DNA of 64,000 bases from Rhizophagus irregularis (Eukaryota). The notes beneath the pieces were generated by a model. It saw only the letters and a list, made by a program, of their open reading frames with translations, was not told the DNA's origin and made no database searches. The DNA is taken from positions 2,418,001-2,482,000 of the forward strand of contig NC_089433.1 of NCBI RefSeq assembly GCF_026210795.1, given 5' to 3'. A program made the position numbers and the translations under genes. How positions within the stretch are numbered: the stretch's first letter is position 1; every line of letters begins with the position of its first letter. Positions 1 through 11,960 of this stretch are shown here, in pieces.

Positions 1-790
1 AATCTACTTGAATATTAATTTTCACAAGTTAATACTTGATAAGTTATTCACGATTTTTCACAACGATACTCATTTACGAATTTTATTTTTTTTCATTTTG
101 TCACTTCAGAGCGTATTTTGAGCACTTTAGTCAAAGTAAATCGACTTCTTTTATTAATTGAAAGTTGTTCAGCAGGTCAAAATCAACTTGGATATTAATT
201 TTACGAATGTACAGTTAATACTTGATGTGTTATTCACGATTTTCATAACGGTACTCATTCACAAATTTTATTTTTTTTATTTTGTCACTTCAGAGCGTAT
301 TTTAAGCCCTTTATCCAAAGTAAACCAACTTCTTATATTAATTGAAAGTTGTTTAGCACGTCAAAATCTACTTGAATTTTAATTTTCACGAAGGTAAAGT
401 TAATACTTGATGAGTTATTCACAGTTTTCACAACAGTACTCATTTACGAATTTTATTTTTTTTTCATTTTGTCACTTCAGAGCGTATTTTGAGCACTTTA
501 GTCAAAGTAAATCGACTTCTTTTATTAATTGGAAGTTATTCAGCAGGTCAAAATCTACTTGGATATTAATTTTTACGAAGGTACAGTCAATACTTGATGT
601 GTTATTCACGATTTTCACAATGGTACTCATTTACAAATTTTATTTTTCCGTTTTGTCACTTCAGAGCATATTTTGAGCACTTTAGCCAAAGTAAATTAAC
701 TTCTTTTATTAATTGAAAATTGTTCAGCAGCTTATAATCTACTTGAATATTTATTTTAATGAAGTTACAGTTAATATTTGTAGAGTTATT
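1..790. repeat. ~184-bp tandem repeat (about 4 units, open at window start)
   Basis: Unit motif aatctacttgaatattaatttt...tcacttcagagcgtatttt...aaagttgttcagcaggtcaa recurs near 1, 181, 365, 552 and 736. Related pieces occur at ~29740-29980, ~30400-31020 (reverse), ~31500-31650 and ~52070-52230. Confidence 0.9.
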
Positions 791-1684
791 AATTTTTTAT
801 AATTGTGCATATTTTATTGAATTACAAGTAAATTTATATTCTTAAATGTATTTTGTTTAAAATTTAATTATTTAAGATTAGTTTTTTATTTAATATTGCT
901 TAATAAAATATTTTTTAAAATTTAATTCAATATTACAATATAATTTTTTGTAAAAATATATATTGCATAATGTATATACAATTTTTTTGTATAGTGAAAA
1001 AACTGAAAAATGTAGTTAAGAATTGGTAATACAGCTGTAAAAAGTCACAAATCAAACAAATATAGCTAAAATCAGCAGTCTGATTTGAATATCCAATTTA
1101 AAAATTGGCATATCCAATTTTTGTCAATTCGTGCTAAAAAATTGGCTACAAAAAGCTACAAATCAGACAAATATAGCCAAAAATCGGCTATCTGATTTTT
1201 TTGCCAATTTTCATTTATTTGACGTGTGATAGGATAAGTTTTTTTACACTTTAAAGCATCAAACAATACTAGTATCCACTAATATGTACTACTCAAAAGC
1301 TCACTGATGTAAAATCACAATTATTAAAAAATTCAAGAATTTTTGTTAATACTGTTTAATTTTTAAGTTCAAAGTTTGATTGATAATACTAAATTCAAAA
1401 CTCAATTATAAATCATTTTTATAAATTAGTATTAAGATTTTAATTTAAAAATTAAGCAGTATCAAGAAAAATTCTCATGAATTTTTCTTAATACTGCTTA
1501 ATTCTAATTTAATTAATTTAGTATTAAGGTTTTAATTTAAAAATTAAGCAGTATCAAGGAAAATTCTCGCGAATTTTTCTTAATACTACTTAATTCTAAT
1601 TTAACTAATTTAGTAATAAGGCTTTAATTTAAAAATTAAGCAGTATCAAGGAAAATTCTTGCAAATTTTTTTTAATACTGCTTA

Positions 1685-4600
1685 GGCCTGACCAATTAGA
1701 TTCTACGTTTTATATAACCCCCTCCCCCCATTTTTTCGTGATTAATACCTAATATTATACCATATATATGACCAATAATATTGCGAAATTTAATAGTCAT
1801 ATGATTCTTGATTTGCACATAAAAAAAAAATTATCTGCAGATTATCAGTTATCAAGTTGTCATATTTTGCTTTTTTTCACGTAAAGTATTCCTATAATAG
1901 AACTATTTCTTGTTATTCTTTAAATTTATATCTTGAAAAAACATGGCAAAATATTTCATAGCTGTATTTAGAAACTTTATAGCAAATAAACAACATGTTA
2001 TATCTTGTAGTAATAGTTACTGAAGGTATTAAATGTGTGCTACCTGAGCGAATAATCACAATCACAGAAGACGACCAGTTTTCAAAGTTGTATGAAATAT
2101 TTACTTGTGAACAATTTAATAATCAAAGTGTTGAAGTTTATGTTCACCAAAATAAGGTTGACAAATGGGTAGAAGTAAGTGACGGGTTAAATGGTGACCT
2201 TAAAATTTATGGAGGTTTTAGGATATAATCACGTAAAATTTTCACTTATAAAATCGCTAAGAAACATAGAACCACCTAGTTTTTCTGATGCATTTGACAT
2301 CATGATGAGAAATGCACGACAACCAAAACTTCCACAACTTTATACTGAACATACTCGACGTGATTTATTATACAATGAAATCATTGAACTTCTTCAGAAT
2401 AAAAAAGCTGGTTGGAGAGGAGGTATTCATCAAACTTTAGGGAAGGAATTTGTAAAGCATGTTGCAAATGTTCTTTAGTATATTGATCCACATTTAAAAT
2501 TATTACAATCTCGTTCATGCCACATGCCTGCGCTTTTTAAAGAATTGGCAACATATGCAAGTGATAATACAGATAGAAATACATACAACATTGCATATCA
2601 TACTAGTTATCACAAAAAAGAATCTATTTCGCATCAAAAGCTGGACCTTTTAATCAAATCATTAGAACTCTCTATAGGGCAACCTTGGGTGAATGATAGT
2701 GAATGGGATAATATTATTCCTGATATAATTGCCTTAGTAGATATGATGCGAAAATATAGTGAACATCTTGTAAAAAGTAATACATTAATGGCTGCGATTC
2801 ATCATAATGATGATTCAGCACGCAATTCAGCAAATAATTCCCATATGTTTCGTGTTTTTGGTTGTAAAGAAGATGATCTTAATGATCAATATCGAGAGTT
2901 AAATGATGCTATTTTACAGCATGGTTTCTATTAATATATGGATGTTTATTCTTATCTTCCTATAGATATTATGAAATGTTATCGATTTCTTAAAAATCTT
3001 CAATTGACTTGTTCAATTGGAATTTATAGGTAATGTAAACTATAATTATTAATGGATGCTTGTTTATTAATTAATACTAAGAGAAAAGTAATTTTTTTTT
3101 TTTAGATATGCACAAGGAAACTACCTTGGTACAATAACTTATATATGGAAAATACCAGAATCTGAAATAATTGATGAATTTCAAGATGAGATGCAAAAAG
3201 TTCATATGTTGGCTAAAATTCATGAAGGATTGCCTAAGTACTTCACACGGCAGATGAGAAAGAATGTTCTTGGCAAGGTATTGTTAAATTATCTTAATAT
3301 TTATTTATATTCAAAATATTTTTATTGTTTAAACATTAATTTTATTTGCATAGTATTCTTTGATAAAAAATGTTACTCCTGCTGTGTTGCGAATGCTATA
3401 TTTTGATCTTACTGGCAATGCAGCTGTTACATGCATCAAATACTATTAGCCGTAAAATTGAAGAAATATTACGCTTAATATTAGCACTTGAAGATCTATC
3501 GATAATATTTGACTTGCGAAATAATAATGGATTCAAGGGAAATAAATTTGATATATTTTGGAATGAATTAGACATGTATTTTAATGAGGTATATAATTTT
3601 TTGGATTGATAATAATATATTGTAAAAGTGAAATTATAAACTTCAATTATTTACATAGGAAACTCCAGCTGTAGATGACCGACGCCACGATACAACCATG
3701 CATATGCCTTTAGCAATTTCAATACGTGATCTTTGTGATATAATTTTGGCAAAACTGCATATTAAGAATGGCGAACCATTGCCAGCAGAAATTTATATAC
3801 CATCATATGAATGGATCCGATTACAGTTTTAGCCAACAAATTCTACAACAACAAAGGCTATACAATATACAGGAAGATATCAAGTTAAATTTAAAGTGCA
3901 AGGTAGACTTCTTCGCAAGAAAAGTGTGGATTCTCATTATTGTGCAGCACTTTTTCGCTATTTACGCGAATTTTTGATTCAATATCGGCAATGGGCTTGT
4001 TTTATATCAGCTGATGATAAGCACAAAGTCCCCATTGGCGAGAGTGTATCTGTTTCTACTGGAATGCGTAACCGTCGATCATTATCTACTCAAAATAATG
4101 ATCTGAATGCATCCGATCATGACTTTACCAAACTTTCTCTTACACCTTCGGTTATTTTTTTTGTTTCTATTCCAAGTGATATATCAGGTGGATTTTATAA
4201 TGGACAAGTCTTTGTATCCTTTAAAGACACTGTTTTTGAACCAAGCAGTGCTATTCGGCATGCAACTGAATTTCAAGATGCTATTCACAAAATATACACA
4301 CCCTAAACTTCGCCACCAATTTTATGCCTTTACACTAATGGTGGACCAGACCATAGGTGTACTTATGGTTCAGTTCAAATTGCTTTAATCAGTCTCTTTT
4401 TAAGTGGAAATTATGATATGTTAATTGCAGTACACACAGCTCCACATCACAGCTGGACAAATCCAGCAGAAAGAATAATGAGCATTTTAAATTTAGGACT
4501 TCAAAATGTGGCAATTATGCGAAACACAATGAGTGATGAATCTGAAGCACTTTTTGACAAAGCTGACACACTTGATGAAATTCGTGATAAAGCAAATAAA

Positions 4601-6042
4601 AATTCTAATTTAGAAATGGAGTTATGAGATTGCATTAAAGATGTTCAAAGCTTATTACATAGTCGTTCTGAAAGATTGGTTTTAAAAGATCAATATTTCA
4701 AATGTTATAATGCTGCAAGTGAATACGATATCAATGGCTTGTTTCAGGTATTAAGAAAACTTAGATTTTATTTAGTCAAATTAACTTACACATAATTCAT
4801 TCTAATATTCATACAGTCTATATCAAAAGTTGATCCTTTATTGACCCATAATGACACCACTGAAACCAGTGCTGTAGTAATGAATTGGTTAGCTTTATGG
4901 CTACTCATTGTCATGAACGTGCTTATTCTTTTCAGGTACAATATATGATAATTTTTCACAAACCATATACGATGTATCTGAGTAGCTAATTCACTTCTTA
5001 TTTTATAGATTAAAAAGTGTCAGGATGTATCATGTAATATTTGCACACCAATACGCCTTCCACAAACTGTCTTTGACAGTTTACATTTTTTACCTGATCC
5101 AGTTCCAGCACTAGGTACTGTATATTTACAATTATGAATTGTCTGCATTGATAATTTTTATCTACAACTGATTATAAAAATATTATAGACAATCCGGATC
5201 ATTATACTTCATTTCAAGCCGTCTATGGGAAACAAACTAGTGAAGAATTCCGCCCATCACTGCAACTTAATCAAGCCAATGCTGAGCCAGTACCAAAAAG
5301 TGTATTTGCTAGTGGAAAAATTCGTGATTATATCATGTGTTGTGATTGTGGAAAACGGCGTTGTGTCTATAGTGATAAAGCTTTGAGTCAAGATGAAATA
5401 CAGGATTTTAAGTAATCTCTGGACACGTATGATTATTCTTGTAGTGCACCTCTCTTTCCTGACGATCATTATTTAGCAGAATTATTATTTGTCCGTGTAA
5501 AAATATCTTGTGATACTCCTATGGAAATCCTTTACTATTCTAGCCGAAAATCAGGAAACTCCAATATATGCTACCATTGTGATACAGATAGTGATTTCGT
5601 TGATCCTCCTGATAGTATAAGAACCAAATATAAGATAATATATCCATTATGCCAAAGGTGCCAGGACAAAGGCAAAGAATTTAACGCTCGTATGGAAGTT
5701 AAGGTGAACGGCAGTAATTCGAAGTGAAGAAAAACAAGGTAGATTTAATCTTTCTCTAATAATTAGTATTATGTAATGCTTAATATCGTTTAATAGTTAG
5801 TATTAATAATTATATTTGAAAGAATATTAGTTTTATAAATAATAATAAAATTTTATAAGTAAATGCATTGTAATAAAAATTGACATGTAACAATATAAAT
5901 TATTGTTTTTATTTGAATTTATATATCATAGTAAATAAATAAATTCATTTTACATATTTTTCTTATTTGTATTTTTTTTATCCCCTCCCTCTACATTTGT
6001 TCTCATATGTTATGTAAAACGCATAATCAAATTGGTCAGGCT
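1685..6042 (+). mobile_element. Zator-superfamily DNA transposon (full length, decayed)
   Basis: TIRs of ~33 bp: GGCCTGACCAATTAGATTCTACGTTTTATATAAC and its complement GTTATGTAAAACGCATAATCAAATTGGTCAGGCT. TSD is TTA (1682-1684, 6043-6045). GG termini, a TWA TSD and the transposase motifs fit Zator. Confidence 0.8.
1995..5742 (+). pseudogene. Spliced Zator transposase pseudogene with C-terminal Cys-rich domains
   Basis: Motifs SADDKHKVPIGE, ASDHDF..LSLTPSV, YT(N)GGPDH and TAPHHSWTNPAERIMS. GT-AG introns at 3030-3105, 3278-3353, 3589-3658, 4748-4816, 4936-5008 and 5115-5188. Several premature stops and frameshifts; the second catalytic D reads as N. Confidence 0.8.
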
Positions 6043-7040
6043 TTAATTCTAATTTAACTAATTTAGTAGTATTAAGGCTTTAATTTAAAAATTAAGCAGT
6101 ATCAAGAAAAATTCTTGCGAATTTTTCTTAATACTGCTTATATTCGTTAATTCATGGAATTAGCCAAAATTAAGATTTTTATAAAGATTTGCATATTTTA
6201 ACAAGAATTATATTTCACAAGCTTAAATTATATGTGTTATATAATCAGATGATCTAAATCTATCAAAAAATAAAAAAAAATTTTTTTAATGTTTATTCAA
6301 AAATAACAATAGCAACTACTTTCTTTTTCAATTACTTTTCAATTACTTATCAATCAGATTTTTGTTAGATGACTTAGAAAAGTTTATAGGCATATATAGC
6401 AGGTTTTTTTTAATCAGTAAGTAAGAAAACAAATATTAATAATTTATATTAATAAGAAAAATCTTTTTTCATTTATTTTTAACCTTAGTTTCTTCTTTTT
6501 TTAGTAAAAATATATACAAAATAAAAATGTGAGTTATGCTTTAGAGTTTTAAGATGTTTTTTTTTGTTTTTTACTATACTGATTTTATTCTACTTGTTAA
6601 TTACTTTTTAAAATTGATTTTATTAATTTATTCAATTTAAAACAGAAATAGCAAATAAAACCTTGTTAAGTAAAGTAAAAAGAGCTCAATAATACCTGTA
6701 AAGATCATCTTTTGTAAGAATTATAATTTTGTGTCAGAGTTTTATTTAATTAACAAAATCGTTAATATCTTGGCGTACATGCATGCTAAACACATATATT
6801 TATATTCATATGAAAGCCCAGAACCTAAACTATCTGAACAAAAAAAGATCATTCAAATTGAATTACTAGATGTGAAGATGTTAACAATCAAAGTCAAAAG
6901 TTAAAAATAAATATATTGAACATAATTATTCAGCAACATGTGATTCAATTCATGTGATATTTGGTTTATAGATAGCTCTTGATTACCTCTTTCTAATGAA
7001 TATAAATTCATTCGTCTAGTACACATACACGTTAAATTAT

Positions 7041-7496
7041 TCAATATTTTGTTATGACAATTATTATTATACAGTATATAATACCTATTTCAAGCCTAAA
7101 TGTTATATTATCATCAAATTCTGTACTCTCACTATCTGTACTTTCCACACTCGACAAGATGCTTTCGCCCTCAACCTCTGTACTCTCACTATCTGTACTT
7201 TCCACATTTAATAAGTCATTTTCGCCCTCAACCTCTTCAAAGGCGTCTTCTAAATGAAAAAAAATTTTAATAACTTTTAATGAGAAAACACACATTATAT
7301 TCATATAATTATTGTATACAATACCTACTTTAAGCCCAAACACTACCTTATTATCAAAATCTACTATATTTTCACTGTCCGTACTTGCTTTGTTCGCAAT
7401 CTCTTCAAATTCCTTCTGTAAGGAGTTAACGTCAGCAATCTCCTTCTCTTCTAAAGAATATATTATTAAAAAAGAACGTTTAGGGCTTTTGTTCAT
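7041..7496 (-). CDS. Possible small acidic-repeat protein (probably spliced or decayed)
   Basis: 151-aa ORF with repeated VESTDSESTE motifs. No family recognised. Confidence 0.25.
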   Translation of the reverse strand: MNKSPKRSFLIIYSLEEKEIADVNSLQKEFEEIANKASTDSENIVDFDNKVVFGLKVGIVYNNYMNIMCVFSLKVIKIFFHLEDAFEEVEGENDLLNVESTDSESTEVEGESILSSVESTDSESTEFDDNITFRLEIGIIYCIIIIVITKY

Positions 7497-8039
7497 TATA
7501 AATTTGTGCTATGTGTTGATTTTATTTGGTTTAAATCAGAGAACGACCCTTTTTTGTCATTATAACTGTGACGTGTTATTTTATTTAGTCCAATAAATTA
7601 GAGAGAGCACGTGAAAACTTTCTTTAAAAATCATACGTACATATGTCACATGATCGTATGCAATCAAATTTTATATCAAAATTTTAGTCGATCACTGATC
7701 AATTTTTGAATTTTAAATTTTCTATTAAAATTGAATGTGGTGACGGTCACCACTGGTGATCTTTAGCAAAACCCTAAAATATATTAATAAAAAAATTTTT
7801 TTTAAAAAAAATTACATTTAATTCATATTATGATAATTTGGATTGGCATTATCATAATACATAGAGTCAGTCCAAATTATTATAAATTTTGACCAATATA
7901 TTTTATTTTAAATTTGGGTTAATTATATAAAAATCATGCAATTTTAAATGCTTATAACTTTTTATATAAATCTTCTTTTAAAAATTTGACTAGTAATTTG
8001 ATAGAGTTTACTTTAAAAAATAAAGTTACCAGTTTATTT

Positions 8040-9090
8040 TTTCTTAATTAAAAAAAATATTTTTTTTTTGATTTTTTAATTATAAAAATGGCAAGTTTGA
8101 TGTTTTTAATTAAAAAAAATATTTTTTTTTGATTTTTTAATTACAAAAATGGCAAGTTTGACGTTTAATTAAAAAAATTAATTTTTTTTGATTTTTTAAT
8201 TACAAAAATGGCAAGTTTGACGTTTTTAATTAAAAAAATTAATTTTTTTGATTTTTTAATTACAAAAATGGCAAGTTTGACGTTTTTAATTAAAAAAATT
8301 ATTTTTTTTTGATTTTTTAATTACAAAAACGGCAAGTTTGACATTTTTAATTAAAAAAATTAAATTTTTTGATTTTTTAATTACAAAAACGGCAAGTTTG
8401 ACATTTTTAATTAAAAAAATTAAATTTTTTGATTTTTTAATTACAAAAACGGCAAGTTTGACATTTTTAATTAAAAAAATTAAATTTTTTGATTTTTTAA
8501 TTACAAAAACGTCAAGTTTGACATTTTTAATTAAAAAAATTAATTCGTGATCCGCCAGTGAACCATAAAATTTGACTATTAAAAGGTGGTGATAAGTTCA
8601 TATATATTTTTATCAATAATTTAGAATCTGCGATTCCGGAGAAAAAATATGGGATAACTCACCTTCTATTGGTCATAGAGACATAAAATTATTACCATTA
8701 GATGCGTTTCAATGAGACGAATCCAATGAACCAAATTTTATTTTCCTACGACCACTAGATGATGAGTTATCTTTAAAATTTTTAAAATACTAAATTTTTT
8801 TTTTTCAAATTCAAATTTTCAGCTCTTATGAAAGTGTCTTTTGGTGCTTAAAATTTTTACCGGTCTTTTATTATTAAAACAGCCAAATGGCATATTTTTA
8901 TGGCTATAATATTAGTTTTTATATTATATTTTAGTAATTTGTACCTTACATTGCCAGAACTGTAGATTTCGCGCTATTAGTAAATATATATATAACTTTT
9001 TACCAGAATTTAATAGCCAAGTTTTATGGTTCACTGGCGGATCATGAATTAATTTTTTTGATTTTTTAATTACAAAAACGTCAAGTTTTT
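8040..9090. repeat. 60-bp tandem repeat (about 8-9 units) interrupted by a MITE
   Basis: Unit ttaattaaaaaaattaaattttttgattttttaattacaaaaacggcaagtttgacattt runs 8040-8543 and resumes at 9049. Confidence 0.9.
8544..9048. mobile_element. 505-bp MITE with TTAA TSD
   Basis: TIR TTCGTGATCCGCCAGTGAACCATAAAA.TTG.CTATTAAA at both ends. TTAA at 8540-8543 and 9049-9052. Confidence 0.85.
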
Positions 9091-10099
9091 TTAAAAAGTT
9101 AAAAGATTTTTAAGTGTTACATTTTTATTGTCAAATATAGATTTCTGGCATTATATCAATTTCTAAAGCTTTAAAGAAATTTATTTCAAATATCTAATTA
9201 TTTTAAATTTAAAAATATAAGAAACAAAAAAAACTCAAAATTAAAAAAATTAAAATAGAATTAAGTAAAATGAAAAATGGAAAATTATTTATTTTATAAA
9301 AAATCCAGTAAAGAAATAAAAAGTATATTTTATAAATTTATAAATTTAGAATATTTGAAATGATTTTCTTTTTATTTAAAAAGTTAAATATTATGAAATG
9401 GAATTTACAAATTAGGAATAAGGTAATATTAATTCTTTTTTTCTGTTTTATTTTTCTATTTTAAATGTATTATAATAATAAAATTTTATTGATAATTTAA
9501 AACCAATTTTTCCTATTGGTTAATAAATAAAATGTAATCACTTAGTAATAAAAAAATTTTCACTTTAGACTTTATAATGGTGAATTACATCTGGATTAAT
9601 CTTATATAATGAATGGTAATGTTATGAATTTATATAATCTGTATTATATACAATTTAATAATAAAGCTTTTCATAAATTGCAAAGAAAAAAATTCCCTTA
9701 TATAATAGAGAGTAATTAATAACCCAACTTTCAAAAATTATTTTAGGAATTATACCATTTAAATTACCAATAATATTATTTAATCTAAATATATATATAA
9801 AGCTATAAATCAAACAAAAATAATTTTTATAGATAAAATATTATTTAAATAAAATAAATTATATTAATGCCATAGATTTTTCAATACAAGTGTTTTGGAC
9901 ATAATAGAAAAAAAAACGAATTTTTATATCACACAAGAAACTATAGTAGATAAATTTTACCGGAATTAAGTCTTAATTTAAGCTAGTATATCTGTCGAAA
10001 TTTGATTCGTCAAGGGATCATTTTAGTATCCAATACCGAACTAAAAAATATTTAATAATTATATTTTAAGCACAAATAAATAATTAACTTTTAAACATC

Positions 10100-10890
10100 A
10101 TGAACGCTGAAGAACTTGCACAATACCAATATCAGCTTGACCAAGTTAATCTTGCTTTAAAAAGTGAACCTGAAAATTCCGAACTTTTGAAACTTAAAAC
10201 GGATCTGACAGAATTAATTAATCTTACGAATACCATTATTGATCAAGAGGTAACACTTTCACCTTCTAAAAGGTCAGCTTCTTCGATTTCACCTAGAACA
10301 AATTCAACGCCGACTACACCGACTTCATTTTCGATACCAACTTTTACAAAACCACTTCAAGTTGGAGATTCTTGTCTAGCGCGGTGGTCTGGTGATGGAC
10401 AGTTTTACCAAGCTCAAATAACAGCTATTGGTGGTGGTGATCAAGTTTTTTCAGTTGTTTTTAAAGGTTATAATAATGTTGAACTTGTTGACGTTCAAGA
10501 TATTAAACCTCTAGAAAAAAATAAAAAGAAAGGTTTGAATGATAAAAAGGATAAAGATAAAAAAAAGAAGAGCGGTGAAGGACAAAAGAAAATTAATGAA
10601 CAAAACTTGAAACAAAAGTCTTGGCTTGCCTTTGCGAGCGGTTCAGCTATGGCTCCTGGTAGGAAAACAACGAAAACAAAAAGGCTGGTACAGCCGCCGA
10701 TAAACAAGAAGAGTATCTTTGCTACTCCAGAAAATCCGGAAGGCAAAGGTAAGTTAAATCGAAGTTTTATGAATTACACCAATTTTCTGGTTACTAATGA
10801 ATAATATCTTTTTTAGTCGGCGTGGTCGGTAGCGGTAAACCAATGACACAATTCCAGCAACGCGGTAAACATATCTTTGACCGTGATTAA
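10100..10890 (+). CDS. SPF30: Splicing factor SPF30 / SMNDC1 (Tudor domain); 2 exons, 10100-10748 and 10817-10890
   Basis: N-terminal EELAQYQYQLDQVNLAL..PENSELLKLK.DL.ELI.LT; Tudor motif VGDSCLARWSGDGQFYQAQI..F.GYNN.E. Splicing the GT-AG intron 10749-10816 gives the conserved tail SIFATPENPEGKVGVVGSGKPMTQFQQRGKH. Confidence 0.93.
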
Positions 10891-11960
10891 TTGAAAGGAT
10901 ATGAATATATTTTTTTTTTAATTTTTTTTTTGTTATATATATACTTTTTTATATATCTTTTTTTCTTAAAAAATGGTTCTTTACTAGACCAATGCGAAAA
11001 CATTATGAAATATATTGAAGTTGGATGGTACTACTATTATAGGGCAGTAAGGACATTTTGTTTGCTCTTTCATTTTCATTCATTTGTTAAGAACATATGA
11101 TTTATACAAATTTGCATCATTCAATATATTTTACCCATAAGCGAGATAATTGGGAATATGGGAATATTATATGTATACGTATATATATGTATATATATAA
11201 TAAACAAAATCTAATCTATTGATTGAGTTTTACCAAGGTAATAAAATCAATAAAAAAAATATTGTAATAAATGGCTTTGAAAATATTTATTTTTTTTTTT
11301 CAAAAAAAAAAAAATTATGTAAATGAATAGTTTAGAAGATCAAATTAGTTTTAAATAGCATCATTTATAAGCGTTAAACATTTTTTATTATACGCGTTGA
11401 ATGTGCCTTCCCAACATTCTCAACCCGCTCCTCAAAATCCTTTTTTCTGGACCTCCAGCATCACAGGTTTGAAATTTTTACGACTTTATATGATAATACA
11501 AATTTTATAATACTTCAAAAAGAATTTATTAAACAATTAACGGTAGTAACCATAAAAATATATTTTATATATTTCATTTAGAAAATAATAAGGGTTAGGG
11601 CAATTTCTCTACATATTTATAAATTAATTATAATTTGACAATTTGTCTCATCATCCAGACTTTATTTTTTTCGGATTCCTAATAGTAATTTAAATACATT
11701 TCGCAATTGTACCTTAAGATCAAAGTATCACGTGACAATAATAGTATTTATTTTCTCGTCGACGCTTTTTTTCTTCATTCGTCTTTTGTGAGCTAAATAG
11801 CTTAATCCATATATTAAATTTCGGAAAACTTAGTACAGCGGAAGGGTAGCTCAAAAGAATTTGAACAGCCATAAATAAACAAATTGCTGCAAAATATCAT
11901 TGGTGAAACGAGCTTTTAAGGTTTGTGTAACGACTCTAGTTTATTGTAATTTAATTGCTT

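Larger units (their letters stand above)
1425..6140. repeat. ~91-bp hairpin-containing tandem repeat split by a Zator insertion (units at ~1425-1684 and 6043-6140)
   Basis: The unit contains ttaagcagtatcaagaaaaattc-N4-gaatttttcttaatactgcttaa. The repeat phase resumes exactly after the transposon. Confidence 0.85.

Noticed and set aside
158..676. ORFs 158-382 and 407-676
   Set aside because: These are translations of the 184-bp tandem repeat with no protein features.
8040..8545. 60-bp repeat as a CRISPR array or as the 70-aa ORF 8338-8550
   Set aside because: Units are head-to-tail with no unique spacers, there are no cas genes and the context is eukaryotic. The ORF is just the translated repeat.
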